The notes below the pieces were generated by a model. The model was not told where the DNA came from and searched no databases. It was given only the letters and a program-made list of their open reading frames with translations. From the NCBI RefSeq assembly GCF_009914755.1, contig NC_060940.1: DNA of 64,000 bases. One strand, written 5' to 3'. Positions 27,401-42,705 of the stretch are shown one piece after another; position 1 is the stretch's first letter, and each line of letters starts with the position of its first letter. The position numbers were made by a program, and so were the translations under genes. The DNA comes from the human T2T-CHM13v2.0 reference genome, Homo sapiens.

Positions 27401-30400
27401 CGATGATTCCACTCAATTCCATATGATGATGATTCCATTTGATTCCATTCGGTGATTCCATTCTATTCTATTCAATGGTGATTCCATTCGAGTACATTAG
27501 ATGATTCCATTCGATTCCATTCAATGATGATTCTATTTGTGTCCCTTAGATGATTCCACATGATTCCATTAGATGATGATACTATTTGAGCCCATCCAAT
27601 GATTCCCTTCGATTCCATTCGATGAGGATTCCATTCGATTCAATTCATTGGTGATTCTATTCAATTCAATTCTTTGATTCCATTCCATTCCATTCGACAA
27701 TGATTCCATTCGATTTCTTTCGATGATTCCACTCGATTCCACTTGACATTGATTCCATTCGATTCCATTCAATGATTCCATTTGATTCCAGTGGATGATG
27801 ATTGCCATCGATTCCATTCGATCACTCCATTCTATTCCATTTGATGATGATTACATTCGATTCCATTTGATGATTCCATCTGATTCTATTCGAGGATTCC
27901 ATTTGATTCCATTCGATGATGATTCCATTCGAGTCCATTCGATGATTTCATTCGAGTACATCCAATGATTCCATTCGAGTCCATTAGATGATTCCATTTG
28001 ATTCCATTTGAAAATGATTCTACTAGAGTCCATTCAATGACTCCATTCGAGTCCATTCAACAATTCCATTCGACTCCATTCGATGATTCCATTCGATTCC
28101 ATTTGATGGTTCCATTCGAGTCCATTTAATCATTACAGTCGAATCCATTTGGTGATTCCACTGGATTTCTTTTGATAATGATACCATTCAATTACATTTG
28201 ATGATGATCCCATTCAGTTTCATTTGATGATGATTCCATTAGAGTCCATTCGATGATTTCATTCGAGTCCCTTCATTGATTCCATCCGATTTCATTGGAT
28301 GATGACTCCATTCGAGTCCATTCGATGATTCCACTCGATTCCATTAGATGACTCCATTGGAGTCCATTTGATTGTTCCATTCGATTCCATTCGATTCCTT
28401 TCGAAGATTATTCCATTTGAGTCCATTCGATGATGATTCCATTCCATTCCATTCGATGATTCCGTTTGATTCCATTCGATGATTCCCTTCGATTCCTTTC
28501 TTTGATGATTCCATTCCGTTCCATTCAATGATTCCATTCGAATCTATTCCATGATGATTCCTTTCGATTCCATTCGCTGATGTTTCCGTTCAATTCCATT
28601 CGATGATGATTCCATTCGATTCCATTCATTGAGGATTCCATTTGATTCCATTCAATGATGATTCCATTCTATTCCATTCAATGATTGCATTCAATTCCAT
28701 TCAATGATTATCCCATTAGAGTAAACTCAACGATTCCATTCAATACCATTCGATGATGATTCCTTTTGAGTCCATTCAATGATTTCATTCAAGTCCATTT
28801 GATGATTCCTTTCAATTCCATTCTATGATGATTCCATTCGAGTCCATTCGATGATTCCATTCGATTGCATTCGATGATTCCATTATATTCCATTCAACGG
28901 TGATTCCATTCGAGTCCATTCCATGATTCCATTAGAGTACATTTAATGATTGCTTTGTTTTCAATTCGAAGATGATTACATTGGATTCCATTCTATGATA
29001 CCATTCGATTCCATTCAATGATGATTCCACTCAAATCCATTGGATGATTCCATTCGTGTCCATTCGGTGATTTCATTAGATTCCATTCGAGGATGATTCC
29101 ATTCGATTCCATTCGATGATTCCATTCAATTCCATTCGATGATGATTCCATTCCAGTCCATATGATCATTCCATTTGATTTCATTCGATGATGATTCCAT
29201 TCGATTCGATTCGACGATTCCATTCTATTCCATTCGATGATGATTCCATTCGAGTCCATTCGATGATTGCATTCGAGTCCATTTAATGATTCCATTGGGT
29301 TCAATTCAATGATGATTACATTGGATTCCGTTCTATGATTCCATTCAATTCCGTTCATTGACAATTTGATTCCATTCGATGATGATTCCATTTGAGTTCA
29401 TTCGATGATTCTATTCGATTCTCTTCGATGGTGATTCAATTCTATTATATTGGATGATTCCATTCGATTCCATTTGATGTTGATTCAATTCGATTCTATT
29501 CGATGATGATTCCATTGGATTTCACTTGATGATTGTATTCGATTCCATTCAATGATGATTCACTTCTCGTCCATTGGATGATTCCATTTCATTCCATTCG
29601 ATGATGATTCCATTCGATTCCATTCGATGATTCCATTTGATTCCATGCGACGGTGAGCAATTCGATTCAATTCCATGATGATTCTATTTGATTCAATTAG
29701 ATGATGTTTCCATTCGAATCCATTCCATGATTATTCCATTGGAATCCATTTGGCGATGATTCCATATGAGTCAATTCAATGATGATTCCATATGGGTCCG
29801 TTCGATGATAATTCCATTTGATTTCATTCGATGCTTCTATTCTATTCCAGTCGATGATGATTCCGTTGGAGTCCATACGATGATTCCATTTGATTTCATT
29901 TGATGATGATTCCATTCGATGATGATTACATTGGATTCCATTCTATGATTCCATTCAATTCCATTCGTTGATGATTCGATTCCATTCAATGATGATTCCA
30001 TTTGAGTTCATTCGATGATTCTATTCGATTCCGTTCGATGGTGATTCAATTCTTTTATATTGGATGATTCCACTCGATTCCATTTGATGATTATTCCATT
30101 GGAGTCCACTTAGTGAATCCTTTAGATTCTACTCGACGATGATTCCATTCGAGTCCATTCGATGATACCATTCAATTCCATTCGTTGATGCTTCCATTCA
30201 AGTGCATTCGATGATATCATTCGATTCCATTTGATGATAATTCCATTTGATTCCATGCGATGATTCTATTCGATTCCATTCAATGATAATTCCATTCAAT
30301 TCAGTGATTCCTCTGGACTCCATTTGATGATGATTCCATTCAATGATTCCATTCGATTCTATTCGAAAATGATTCCATTTGAATCCATTTGATGATGATT

Positions 30401-30533
30401 CCATTAGATTCCATTTGATGATTCCATTCGATTCCATTCGACGATGATTCCATTCGATTCCGTTTGATGATTCCATTCTATTCTATTCGATGATGATTCC
30501 ATTCGATTCCATTCGATGATGATTGGATTCGAT
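24422..30533 (+). repeat. Higher-order unit 5 (6112 bp)
   Basis: Anchors 24466 to 30578. Confidence 0.93.
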
Positions 30534-33500
30534 TCCATTTGATGATTTCATTTGATTCCATTCGTTAATGATTTCGATCAATTCCATTCGATGATTCCAT
30601 TCGATTCCATTCGATAATGATTACATCCGAGTCCATTCGATGATTCCCTTTGAGCCCGTTCGATAATTCCATTTGAGTCCAACCAATGATTCCATTCATT
30701 TCCATTCAATGATTCCATTCGAGTCCATTTGATCATTCCGGTAGGGTCCATTCGATGTTGATTCCATTGGAGTGCATTCGATGATTCCATTCGAGTCCAT
30801 TTTAGGATTTGATTCGAGTCCTTTCGACGATTCCATTCGATTCCACTCGATGATGATTTCATTCGAGTCCATTCGACACTTCCAATCGATTCCATTTGAT
30901 GATTCCATTCGAGTCCAATTGATGATTCCATTCAATTCCATTCGATGATGATTCCGTACGATTCCATTCTGTGATGATTCCATGTGATTGCATTCAATGA
31001 TGATTCCTTTCGATTGCATTCGATTATGATTCATTTCGTGTTCATTCTATGGTTCCACAGGTTTCCATTCGTGTCCATTCCATTATTCCATTCTATTCCA
31101 TTTGATGATGATTCCATTCGATTCCATTCATTGGTGATTCCACTCAATTCCATTCAATGATTCCATTCCATTTCTTTCAACAATGATTCCATTAGTTTCT
31201 AATCGATGATCCACTTGATTCCATTTGACGACGATTCCATTCTTGTCCATTCGATGATTCCATTTGATTCCATATGATGATGATTCCATTCGATTCCATA
31301 CCATGATGATTCCATTCGAGTCCATTCAATGGTGATTCCATTCAATTCCATTCGATGATTCCTTTTGATTCCATTCGATGATGATGGCATTCGATTCCTT
31401 TCAATCATTCCCTTTGATTCCATTCAAAGGTGATTTCATTCAAGTCCATTCGATAATTGCATTCGATTCCATTCTATGATGATTCCATTCGAGTCCATTT
31501 GATGATTCCATTCAATTCAAGTCAATGATGATTCCATTCGATTCCATTCGATGATTCCATTGGATTCCATTCGATGATGATTCCATTCAAATCCATTCGA
31601 TAATTCAATTCAAGTCCATTCGATGATGATTCCAATCGAATCCATTCAAAGATTCCATTCAGTTCCATTCGATGATTCCCTTAGATTCCATTCGATGATT
31701 CCACTTGATTGCATTTACGATGATTCCATTCGATTCCATGTGATGATTCCATTCAATTCTATTCAATGATGTCTCCATTTGATTCCATTCGACCATGATT
31801 GCCTTTGATTCCATTCAATGATTCCATTCGGTTCCGTTTGATGATGATTCCGTTCGATTCCATTTGATGATTCCATTTGATTCCATTGGATGAGTCCATT
31901 CGATTACATTCGATGATTATTCCATTCGAGTGCATTAGATGATTCCATTCGAGTCCATTCGATGATTCCATTCGATTCCATTCAATGTTGATTCTGTTCA
32001 AATCCATTCGATGATTCCACTCGATTCCATTCGTTGACTCCATTTGATCCCATTCGATGATTTCCTTTGATTCCCTTTGATGATCATTCCATTTGATTCA
32101 ATTCGGTGATTTCATTTGATTCCATTCAGTGATGTTTCCATTCGACTCCATTCGATGATGATTCCATTCGACTCCATTCGATTATGATTTCATTCAATTC
32201 CATTCGATAATGATTCCCTTCGAGTCCATTCGATGATTCCATTCGATTCCATTCAACGATGATTTGATTCGTGTCCATTCGATGATTCCATTTGATTCCA
32301 CTTGATGATGATTCCATTCGAGTCCATTTGATGATTCCATTCAATTCCATACTCCGATGATTTCTTTTGAGCCCACTCAATGCTTCCACTCGATTCCATA
32401 TGATGATGACTCCATTCGATGAAATTCGATGATGATTCCATTCGCTTGCTTTCGATGATGATTCCACTTGAGTCCGTTAGAAGATTCTATTCAATTACAT
32501 TCCATGACGATTCCGTTCGAGTCCATTTGATGATTCCATTAGACTCCATTCGACGATGATTCCATTCGATGTTATTCGATGATTCCATTCGATCTCATTC
32601 GATGATGATTCCATTCAACTCCATTCGATGTTTCCATTCGAGTTCATTCTATTATTCCATTAGATTCCATTCGATGATGATTCCATTCGATTCCATTTGA
32701 TGATTGCATTCTATTTCATTTGATGATGATTCCATTCGAGTCCACTCGATGATTCCATTCGAGTCCATTTAATGAATCCATTGGTTTCAATTCTATGATG
32801 ATTACATTGGATTCCATTCGTTGATGATTTCATTCGGTTCCATTCAATGATGATTCCATTCAATTCCTTTCAATGTTTCCATTCAATTCCATACGATGAT
32901 GATTCCATTTGATTTGATTCGACAGTGAGCCATTCGATTCAATTCCATGATGATTCTATTTGATTCAATTGGTTGACATTTCCATTCGATTCCATTCGAT
33001 GATGATTCCCTTTGATTCCGTTCAAAGATGATTCCATTCTAGCCCATTCAATCATTCCATTCGATTCTATTCAATGATGATTCCATTCATGTCGATTTGG
33101 TGATTCCATTTGACTTCATTTGATGATGATTCCTTTCAAGTTCATTAGATGATTCCATTCGATTCCATTTGATGATGATCCCATTCGAGTCCATTCAGTG
33201 ATTCCATTCGTTTCCATTCCATGATCATTCCATTCCTTTCCATTCAATGATTCCATTCGATTCCGTTTGATGATGATTTCATTCGAGTCCATTTGATGAT
33301 TCCATTTGATTCCATTCGATGATGGTTCCATTCGACTCCATTCGATGATTCTATTCGAATCCATTTGATGATTTCTTTTGATTATATTTGGTGATGATTC
33401 CATTGGAGTCCATTCAATGATTCCATTCTATTCCAATCGATGATGATTCCATTAGAGTCCATTTAATGATTCCATTTGATTCCAGTCTCTGATGATTACA

Positions 33501-36500
33501 TTCGAGTCCATACGATGATTCCACTCAATTCCATATGATGATGATTCCATTTGATTCCATTCGGTGATTCCATTCTATTCTATTCAATGGTGATTCCATT
33601 CGAGTACATTAGATGATTCCATTCGATTCCATTCAATGATGATTCTATTTGTGTCCCTTAGATGATTCCACATGATTCCATTAGATGATGATACTATTTG
33701 AGCCCATCCAATGATTCCCTTCGATTCCATTCGATGAGGATTCCATTCGATTCAATTCATTGGTGATTCTATTCAATTCAATTCTTTGATTCCATTCCAT
33801 TCCATTCGACAATGATTCCATTCGATTTCTTTCGATGATTCCACTCGATTCCACTTGACATTGATTCCATTCGATTCCATTCAATGATTCCATTTGATTC
33901 CAGTGGATGATGATTGCCATCGATTCCATTCGATCACTCCATTCTATTCCATTTGATGATGATTACATTCGATTCCATTTGATGATTCCATCTGATTCTA
34001 TTCGAGGATTCCATTTGATTCCATTCGATGATGATTCCATTCGAGTCCATTCGATGATTTCATTCCAGTACATCCAATGATTCCATTCGAGTCCATTAGA
34101 TGATTCCATTTGATTCCATTTGAAAATGATTCTACTAGAGTCCATTCAATGACTCCATTCGAGTCCATTCAACAATTCCATTCGACTCCATTCGATGATT
34201 CCATTCGATTCCATTTGATGGTTCCATTCGAGTCCATTTAATCATTACAGTCGTGTCCATTTGGTGATTCCACTGGATTTCTTTTGATAATGATACCATT
34301 CAATTACATTTGATGATGATCCCATTCAACTTCATTTGATGATGATTCCATTAGACTCCATTCGATGATTTCATTCGAGTCCCTTCATTGATTCCATCCG
34401 ATTTCATTGGATGATGACTCCATTCGAGTCCATTCGATGATTCCACTCGATTCCATTAGATGACTCCATTGGAGTCCATTTGATTGTTCCATTCGATTCC
34501 ATTCGATTCCTTTCGAAGATTATTCCATTTGAGTCCATTCGATGATGATTCCATTCCATTCCATTCGATGATTCCGTTTGATTCCATTCGATGATTCCCT
34601 TCGATTCCTTTCTTTGATGATTCCATTCCATTCCATTCAATGATTCCATTCGAATCTATTCCATGATGATTCCTTTCGATTCCATTCGCTGATGTTTCCG
34701 TTCAATTCCATTCGATGATGATTCCATTCGATTCCATTCAATGATTGCATTCAATTCCATTCAATGATTATCCCATTAGAGTAAACTCAACGATTCCATT
34801 CAATACCATTCGATGATGATTCCTTTTGAGTCCATTCAATGATTTCATTCAAGTCCATTTGATGATTCCTTTCAATTCCATTCTATGATGATTCCATTCG
34901 AGTCCATTCGATGATTCCATTCGATTGCATTCGATGATTCCATTATATTCCATTCAATGGTGTTTCCATTCGAGTCCATTCCATGATTCCATTAGAGTAC
35001 ATTTAATGATTGCTTTGTTTTCAATTCGAAGATGATTACATTGGATTCCATTCTATGATACCATTCGATTCCATTCAATGATGATTCCACTCAAATCCAT
35101 TGGATGATTCCATTCGTGTCCATTCGGTGATTTCATTAGATTCCATTCGAGGATGATTCCATTCGATTCCATTCGATGATTCCATTCAATTCCATTCGAT
35201 GATGATTCCATTCGAGTCCATATGATCATTCCATTTGATTTCATTCGATGATGATTCCATTCGATTCCATTCGACGATTCCATTCTATTCCATTCGATGA
35301 TGATTCCATTCGAGTCCATTCGATGATTCCATTCGAGTCCATTTAATGATTCCATTGGGTTCAATTCAATGATGATTACATTGGATTCCGTTCTATGATT
35401 CCATTCAATTCCGTTCATTGACAATTTGATTCCATTCGATGATGATTCCATTTGAGTTCATTCGATGATTCTATTCGATTCTCTTCGATGGTGATTCAAT
35501 TCTATTATATTGGATGATTCCATTCGATTCCATTTGATGTTGATTCAATTCGATTCTATTCGATGATGAGTCCATTGGATTTCACTTGATGATTCTATTC
35601 GATTCCATTCAATGATGATTCACTTCTCGTCCATTGGATGATTCCATTTCATTCCATTCGATGATGATTCCATTCGATTCCATTCGATGATTCCATTTGA
35701 TTCCATGCGACGGTGAGCAATTCGATTCAATTCCATGATGATTCTATTTGATTCAATTAGATGATGTTTCCATTCGAATCCATTCCATGATTATTCCATT
35801 GGAATCCATTCGGCGATGATTCCATATGAGTCAATTCAATGATGATTCCATATGGGTCCGTTCGATGATAATTCCATTTGATTTCATTCGATGCTTCTAT
35901 TCTATTCCAGTCGATGATGATTCCGTTGGTGTCCATACGATGATTCCATTTGATTTCATTTGATGATGATTCCATTCGATGATGATTACATTGGATTCCA
36001 TTCTATGATTCCATTCAATTCCATTCGTTGATGATTCGATTCCATTCAATGATGATTCCATTTGAGTTCATTCGATGATTCTATTCGATTCCGTTCGATG
36101 GTGATTCAATTCTATTATATTGGATGATTCCACTCGATTCCATTTGATGATTATTCCATTGGAGTCCACTTAGTGAATCCTTTAGATTCTACTCGACGAT
36201 GATTCCATTCGAGTCCATTCGATGATACCATTCAATTCCATTCGTTGATGCTTCCATTCAAGTGCATTCGATGATATCATTCGATTCCATTTGATGATAA
36301 TTCCATTTGATTCCATGCGATGATTCTATTCGATTCCATTCAATGATAATTCCATTCAATTCAGTGATTCCTCTGGACTCCATTTGATGATGATTCCATT
36401 CAATGATTCCATTCGATTCTATTCGAAAATGATTCCATTTGAATCCATTTGATGATGATTCCATTAGATTCCATTTGATGATTCCATTCGATTCCATTCG

Positions 36501-36593
36501 ACGATGATTCCATTCGATTCCGTTTGATGATTCCATTCTATTCTATTCGATGATGATTCCATTCGATTCCATTCGATGATGATTGGATTCGAT
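30534..36593 (+). repeat. Higher-order unit 6 (6060 bp, 52-bp deletion)
   Basis: Anchors 30578 to 36638; deletion junction at about 34740. Confidence 0.93.
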
Positions 36594-39500
36594 TCCATTT
36601 GATGATTTCATTTGATTCCATTCGTTAATGATTTCGATCAATTCCATTCGATGATTCCATTCGATTCCATTCGATAATGATTACATCCGAGTCCATTCGA
36701 TGATTCCCTTTGAGCCCGTTCGATAATTCCATTTGAGTCCAACCAATGATTCCATTCATTTCCATTCAATGATTCCATTCGAGTCCATTTGATCATTCCG
36801 GTAGGGTCCATTCGATGTTGATTCCATTGGAGTGCATTCGATGATTCCATTCGAGTCCATTTTAGGATTTGATTCGAGTCCTTTCGACGATTCCATTCGA
36901 TTCCACTCGATGGTGATTTCATTCGAGTCCATTCGACACTTCCAATCGATTCCATTTGATGATTCCATTCGAGTCCAATTGATGATTCCATTCAATTCCA
37001 TTCGATGATGATTCCGTACGATTCCATTCTGTGATGATTCCATGTGATTGCATTCAATGATGATTCCTTTCGATTGCATTCGATTATGATTCATTTCGTG
37101 TTCATTCTATGGTTCCACAGGTTTCCATTCGTGTCCATTCCATTATTCCATTCTATTCCATTTGATGATGATTCCATTCGATTCCATTCATTGGTGATTC
37201 CACTCAATTCCATTCAATGATTCCATTCCATTTCTTTCAACAATGATTCCATTAGTTTCTAATCGATGATCCACTTGATTCCATTTGACGACGATTCCAT
37301 TCTTGTCCATTCGATGATTCCATTTGATTCCATATGATGATGATTCCATTCGATTCCATACCATGATGATTCCATTCGAGTCCATTCAATGGTGATTCCA
37401 TTCAATTCCATTCGATGATTCCTTTTGATTCCATTCGATGATGATGGCATTCGATTCCTTTCAATCATTCCCTTTGATTCCATTCAAAGGTGATTTCATT
37501 CAAGTCCATTCGATAATTGCATTCGATTCCATTCTATGATGATTCCATTCGAGTCCATTTGATGATTCCATTCAATTCAAGTCAATGATGATTCCATTCG
37601 ATTCCATTCGATGATTCCATTGGATTCCATTCGATGATGATTCCATTCAAATCCATTCGATAATTCAATTCAAGTCCATTCGATGATGATTCCAATCGAA
37701 TCCATTCAAAGATTCCATTCAGTTCCATTCGATGATTCCCTTAGATTCCATTCGATGATTCCACTTGATTGCATTTACGATGATTCCATTCGATTCCATG
37801 TGATGATTCCATTCAATTCTATTCAATGATGTCTCCATTTGATTCCATTCGACCATGATTGCCTTTGATTCCATTCAATGATTCCATTCGGTTCCGTTTG
37901 ATGATGATTCCGTTCGATTCCATTTGATGATTCCATTTGATTCCATTGGATGAGTCCATTCGATTACATTCGATGATTATTCCATTCGAGTGCATTAGAT
38001 GATTCCATTCGAGTCCATTCGATGATTCCATTCGATTCCATTCAATGTTGATTCTGTTCAAATCCATTCGATGATTCCACTCGATTCCATTCGTTGACTC
38101 CATTTGATCCCATTCGATGATTTCCTTTGATTCCCTTTGATGATCATTCCATTTGATTCAATTCGGTGATTTCATTTGATTCCATTCAGTGATGTTTCCA
38201 TTCCACTCCATTCGATGATGATTCCATTCGACTCCATTCGATTATGATTTCATTCAATTCCATTCGATAATGATTCCCTTCGAGTCCATTCGATGATTCC
38301 ATTCGATTCCATTCAACGATGATTTGATTCGTGTCCATTCGATGATTCCATTTGATTCCACTTGATGATGATTCCATTCGAGTCCATTTGATGATTCCAT
38401 TCAATTCCATACTCCGATGATTTCTTTTGAGCCCACTCAATGCTTCCACTCGATTCCATATGATGATGACTCCATTCGATGAAATTCGATGATGATTCCA
38501 TTCGCTTGCTTTCGATGATGATTCCACTTGAGTCCGTTAGAAGATTCTATTCAATTACATTCCATGACGATTCCGTTCGAGTCCATTTGATGATTCCATT
38601 AGACTCCATTCGACGATGATTCCATTCGATGTTATTCGATGATTCCATTCGATCTCATTCGATGATGATTCCATTCAACTCCATTCGATGTTTCCATTCG
38701 AGTTCATTCTATTATTCCATTAGATTCCATTCGATGATGATTCCATTCGATTCCATTTGATGATTGCATTCTACTTCATTTGATGATGATTCCATTCGAG
38801 TCCACTCGATGATTCCATTCGAGTCCATTTAATGAATCCATTGGTTTCAATTCTATGATGATTACATTGGATTCCATTCGTTGATGATTTCATTCGGTTC
38901 CATTCAATGATGATTCCATTCAATTCCTTTCAATGTTTCCATTCAATTCCATACGATGATGATTCCATTTGATTTGATTCGACAGTGAGCCATTCGATTC
39001 AATTCCATGATGATTCTATTTGATTCAATTGGTTGACATTTCCATTCGATTCCATTCGATGATGATTCCCTTTGATTCCGTTCAAAGATGATTCCATTCT
39101 AGCCCATTCAATCATTCCATTCGATTCTATTCAATGATGATTCCATTCATGTCGATTTGGTGATTCCATTTGACTTCATTTGATGATGATTCCTTTCAAG
39201 TTCATTAGATGATTCCATTCGATTCCATTTGATGATGATCCCATTCGAGTCCATTCAGTGATTCCATTCGTTTCCATTCCATGATGATTCCATTCCTTTC
39301 CATTCAATGATTCCATTCGATTCCGTTTGATGATGATTTCATTCGAGTCCATTTGATGATTCCATTTGATTCCATTCGATGATGATTCCATTCGAGTCCA
39401 TTCGATGATTCTATTCGAATCCATTTGATGATTTCTTTTGATTATATTTGGTGATGATTCCATTGGAGTCCATTCAATGATTCCATTCTATTCCAATCGA

Positions 39501-42500
39501 TGATGATTCCATTAGAGTCCATTTAATGATTCCATTTGATTCCAGTCTCTGATGATTACATTCGAGTCCATACGATGATTCCACTCAATTCCATATGATG
39601 ATGATTCCATTTGATTCCATTCGGTGATTCCATTCTATTCTATTCAATGGTGATTCCATTCGAGTACATTAGATGATTCCATTCGATTCCATTCAATGAT
39701 GATTCTATTTGTGTCCCTTAGATGATTCCACATGATTCCATTAGATGATGATACTATTTGAGCCCATCCAATGATTCCCTTCGATTCCATTCGATGAGGA
39801 TTCCATTCGATTCAATTCATTGGTGATTCTATTCAATTCAATTCTTTGATTCCATTCCATTCCATTCGACAATGATTCCATTCGATTTCTTTCGATGATT
39901 CCACTCGATTCCACTTGACATTGATTCCATTCGATTCCATTCAATGATTCCATTTGATTCCAGTGGATGATGATTGCCATCGATTCCATTCGATCACTCC
40001 ATTCTATTCCATTTGATGATGATTACATTCGATTCCATTTGATGATTCCATCTGATTCTATTCGAGGATTCCATTTGATTCCATTCGATGATGATTCCAT
40101 TCGAGTCCATTCGATGATTTCATTCGAGTACATCCAATGATTCCATTCGAGTCCATTAGATGATTCCATTTGATTCCATTTGAAAATGATTCTACTAGAG
40201 TCCATTCAATGACTCCATTCGAGTCCATTCAACAATTCCATTCGACTCCATTCGATGATTCCATTCGATTCCATTTGATGGTTCCATTCGAGTCCATTTA
40301 ATCATTACAGTCGAATCCATTTGGTGATTCCACTGGATTTCTTTTGATAATGATACCATTCAATTACATTTGATGATGATCCCATTCAGTTTCATTTGAT
40401 GATGATTCCATTAGAGTCCATTCGATGATTTCATTCGAGTCCCTTCATTGATTCCATCCGATTTCATTGGATGATGACTCCATTCGAGTCCATTCGATGA
40501 TTCCACTCGATTCCATTAGATGACTCCATTGGAGTCCATTTGATTGTTCCATTCGATTCCATTCGATTCCTTTCGAAGATTATTCCATTTGAGTCCATTC
40601 GATGATGATTCCATTCCATTCCATTCGATGATTCCGTTTGATTCCATTCGATGATTCCCTTCGATTCCTTTCTTTGATGATTCCATTCCGTTCCATTCAA
40701 TGATTCCATTCGAATCTATTCCATGATGATTCCTTTCGATTCCATTCGCTGATGTTTCCGTTCAATTCCATTCGATGATGATTCCATTCGATTCCATTCA
40801 TTGAGGATTCCATTTGATTCCATTCAATGATGATTCCATTCTATTCCATTCAATGATTGCATTCAATTCCATTCAATGATTATCCCATTAGAGTAAACTC
40901 AACGATTCCATTCAATACCATTCGATGATGATTCCTTTTGAGTCCATTCAATGATTTCATTCAAGTCCATTTGATGATTCCTTTCAATTCCATTCTATGA
41001 TGATTCCATTCGAGTCCATTCGATGATTCCATTCGATTGCATTCGATGATTCCATTATATTCCATTCAACGGTGATTCCATTCGAGTCCATTCCATGATT
41101 CCATTAGAGTACATTTAATGATTGCTTTGTTTTCAATTCGAAGATGATTACATTGGATTCCATTCTATGATACCATTCGATTCCATTCAATGATGATTCC
41201 ACTCAAATCCATTGGATGATTCCATTCGTGTCCATTCGGTGATTTCATTAGATTCCATTCGAGGATGATTCCATTCGATTCCATTCGATGATTCCATTCA
41301 ATTCCATTCGATGATGATTCCATTCCAGTCCATATGATCATTCCATTTGATTTCATTCGATGATGATTCCATTCGATTCGATTCGACGATTCCATTCTAT
41401 TCCATTCGATGATGATTCCATTCGAGTCCATTCGATGATTGCATTCGAGTCCATTTAATGATTCCATTGGGTTCAATTCAATGATGATTACATTGGATTC
41501 CGTTCTATGATTCCATTCAATTCCGTTCATTGACAATTTGATTCCATTCGATGATGATTCCATTTGAGTTCATTCGATGATTCTATTCGATTCTCTTCGA
41601 TGGTGATTCAATTCTATTATATTGGATGATTCCATTCGATTCCATTTGATGTTGATTCAATTCGATTCTATTCGATGATGATTCCATTGGATTTCACTTG
41701 ATGATTGTATTCGATTCCATTCAATGATGATTCACTTCTCGTCCATTGGATGATTCCATTTCATTCCATTCGATGATGATTCCATTCGATTCCATTCGAT
41801 GATTCCATTTGATTCCATGCGACGGTGAGCAATTCGATTCAATTCCATGATGATTCTATTTGATTCAATTAGATGATGTTTCCATTCGAATCCATTCCAT
41901 GATTATTCCATTGGAATCCATTTGGCGATGATTCCATATGAGTCAATTCAATGATGATTCCATATGGGTCCGTTCGATGATAATTCCATTTGATTTCATT
42001 CGATGCTTCTATTCTATTCCAGTCGATGATGATTCCGTTGGAGTCCATACGATGATTCCATTTGATTTCATTTGATGATGATTCCATTCGATGATGATTA
42101 CATTGGATTCCATTCTATGATTCCATTCAATTCCATTCGTTGATGATTCGATTCCATTCAATGATGATTCCATTTGAGTTCATTCGATGATTCTATTCGA
42201 TTCCGTTCGATGGTGATTCAATTCTTTTATATTGGATGATTCCACTCGATTCCATTTGATGATTATTCCATTGGAGTCCACTTAGTGAATCCTTTAGATT
42301 CTACTCGACGATGATTCCATTCGAGTCCATTCGATGATACCATTCAATTCCATTCGTTGATGCTTCCATTCAAGTGCATTCGATGATATCATTCGATTCC
42401 ATTTGATGATAATTCCATTTGATTCCATGCGATGATTCTATTCGATTCCATTCAATGATAATTCCATTCAATTCAGTGATTCCTCTGGACTCCATTTGAT

Positions 42501-42705
42501 GATGATTCCATTCAATGATTCCATTCGATTCTATTCGAAAATGATTCCATTTGAATCCATTTGATGATGATTCCATTAGATTCCATTTGATGATTCCATT
42601 CGATTCCATTCGACGATGATTCCATTCGATTCCGTTTGATGATTCCATTCTATTCTATTCGATGATGATTCCATTCGATTCCATTCGATGATGATTGGAT
42701 TCGAT
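36594..42705 (+). repeat. Higher-order unit 7 (6112 bp)
   Basis: Anchors 36638 to 42750. Confidence 0.93.
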
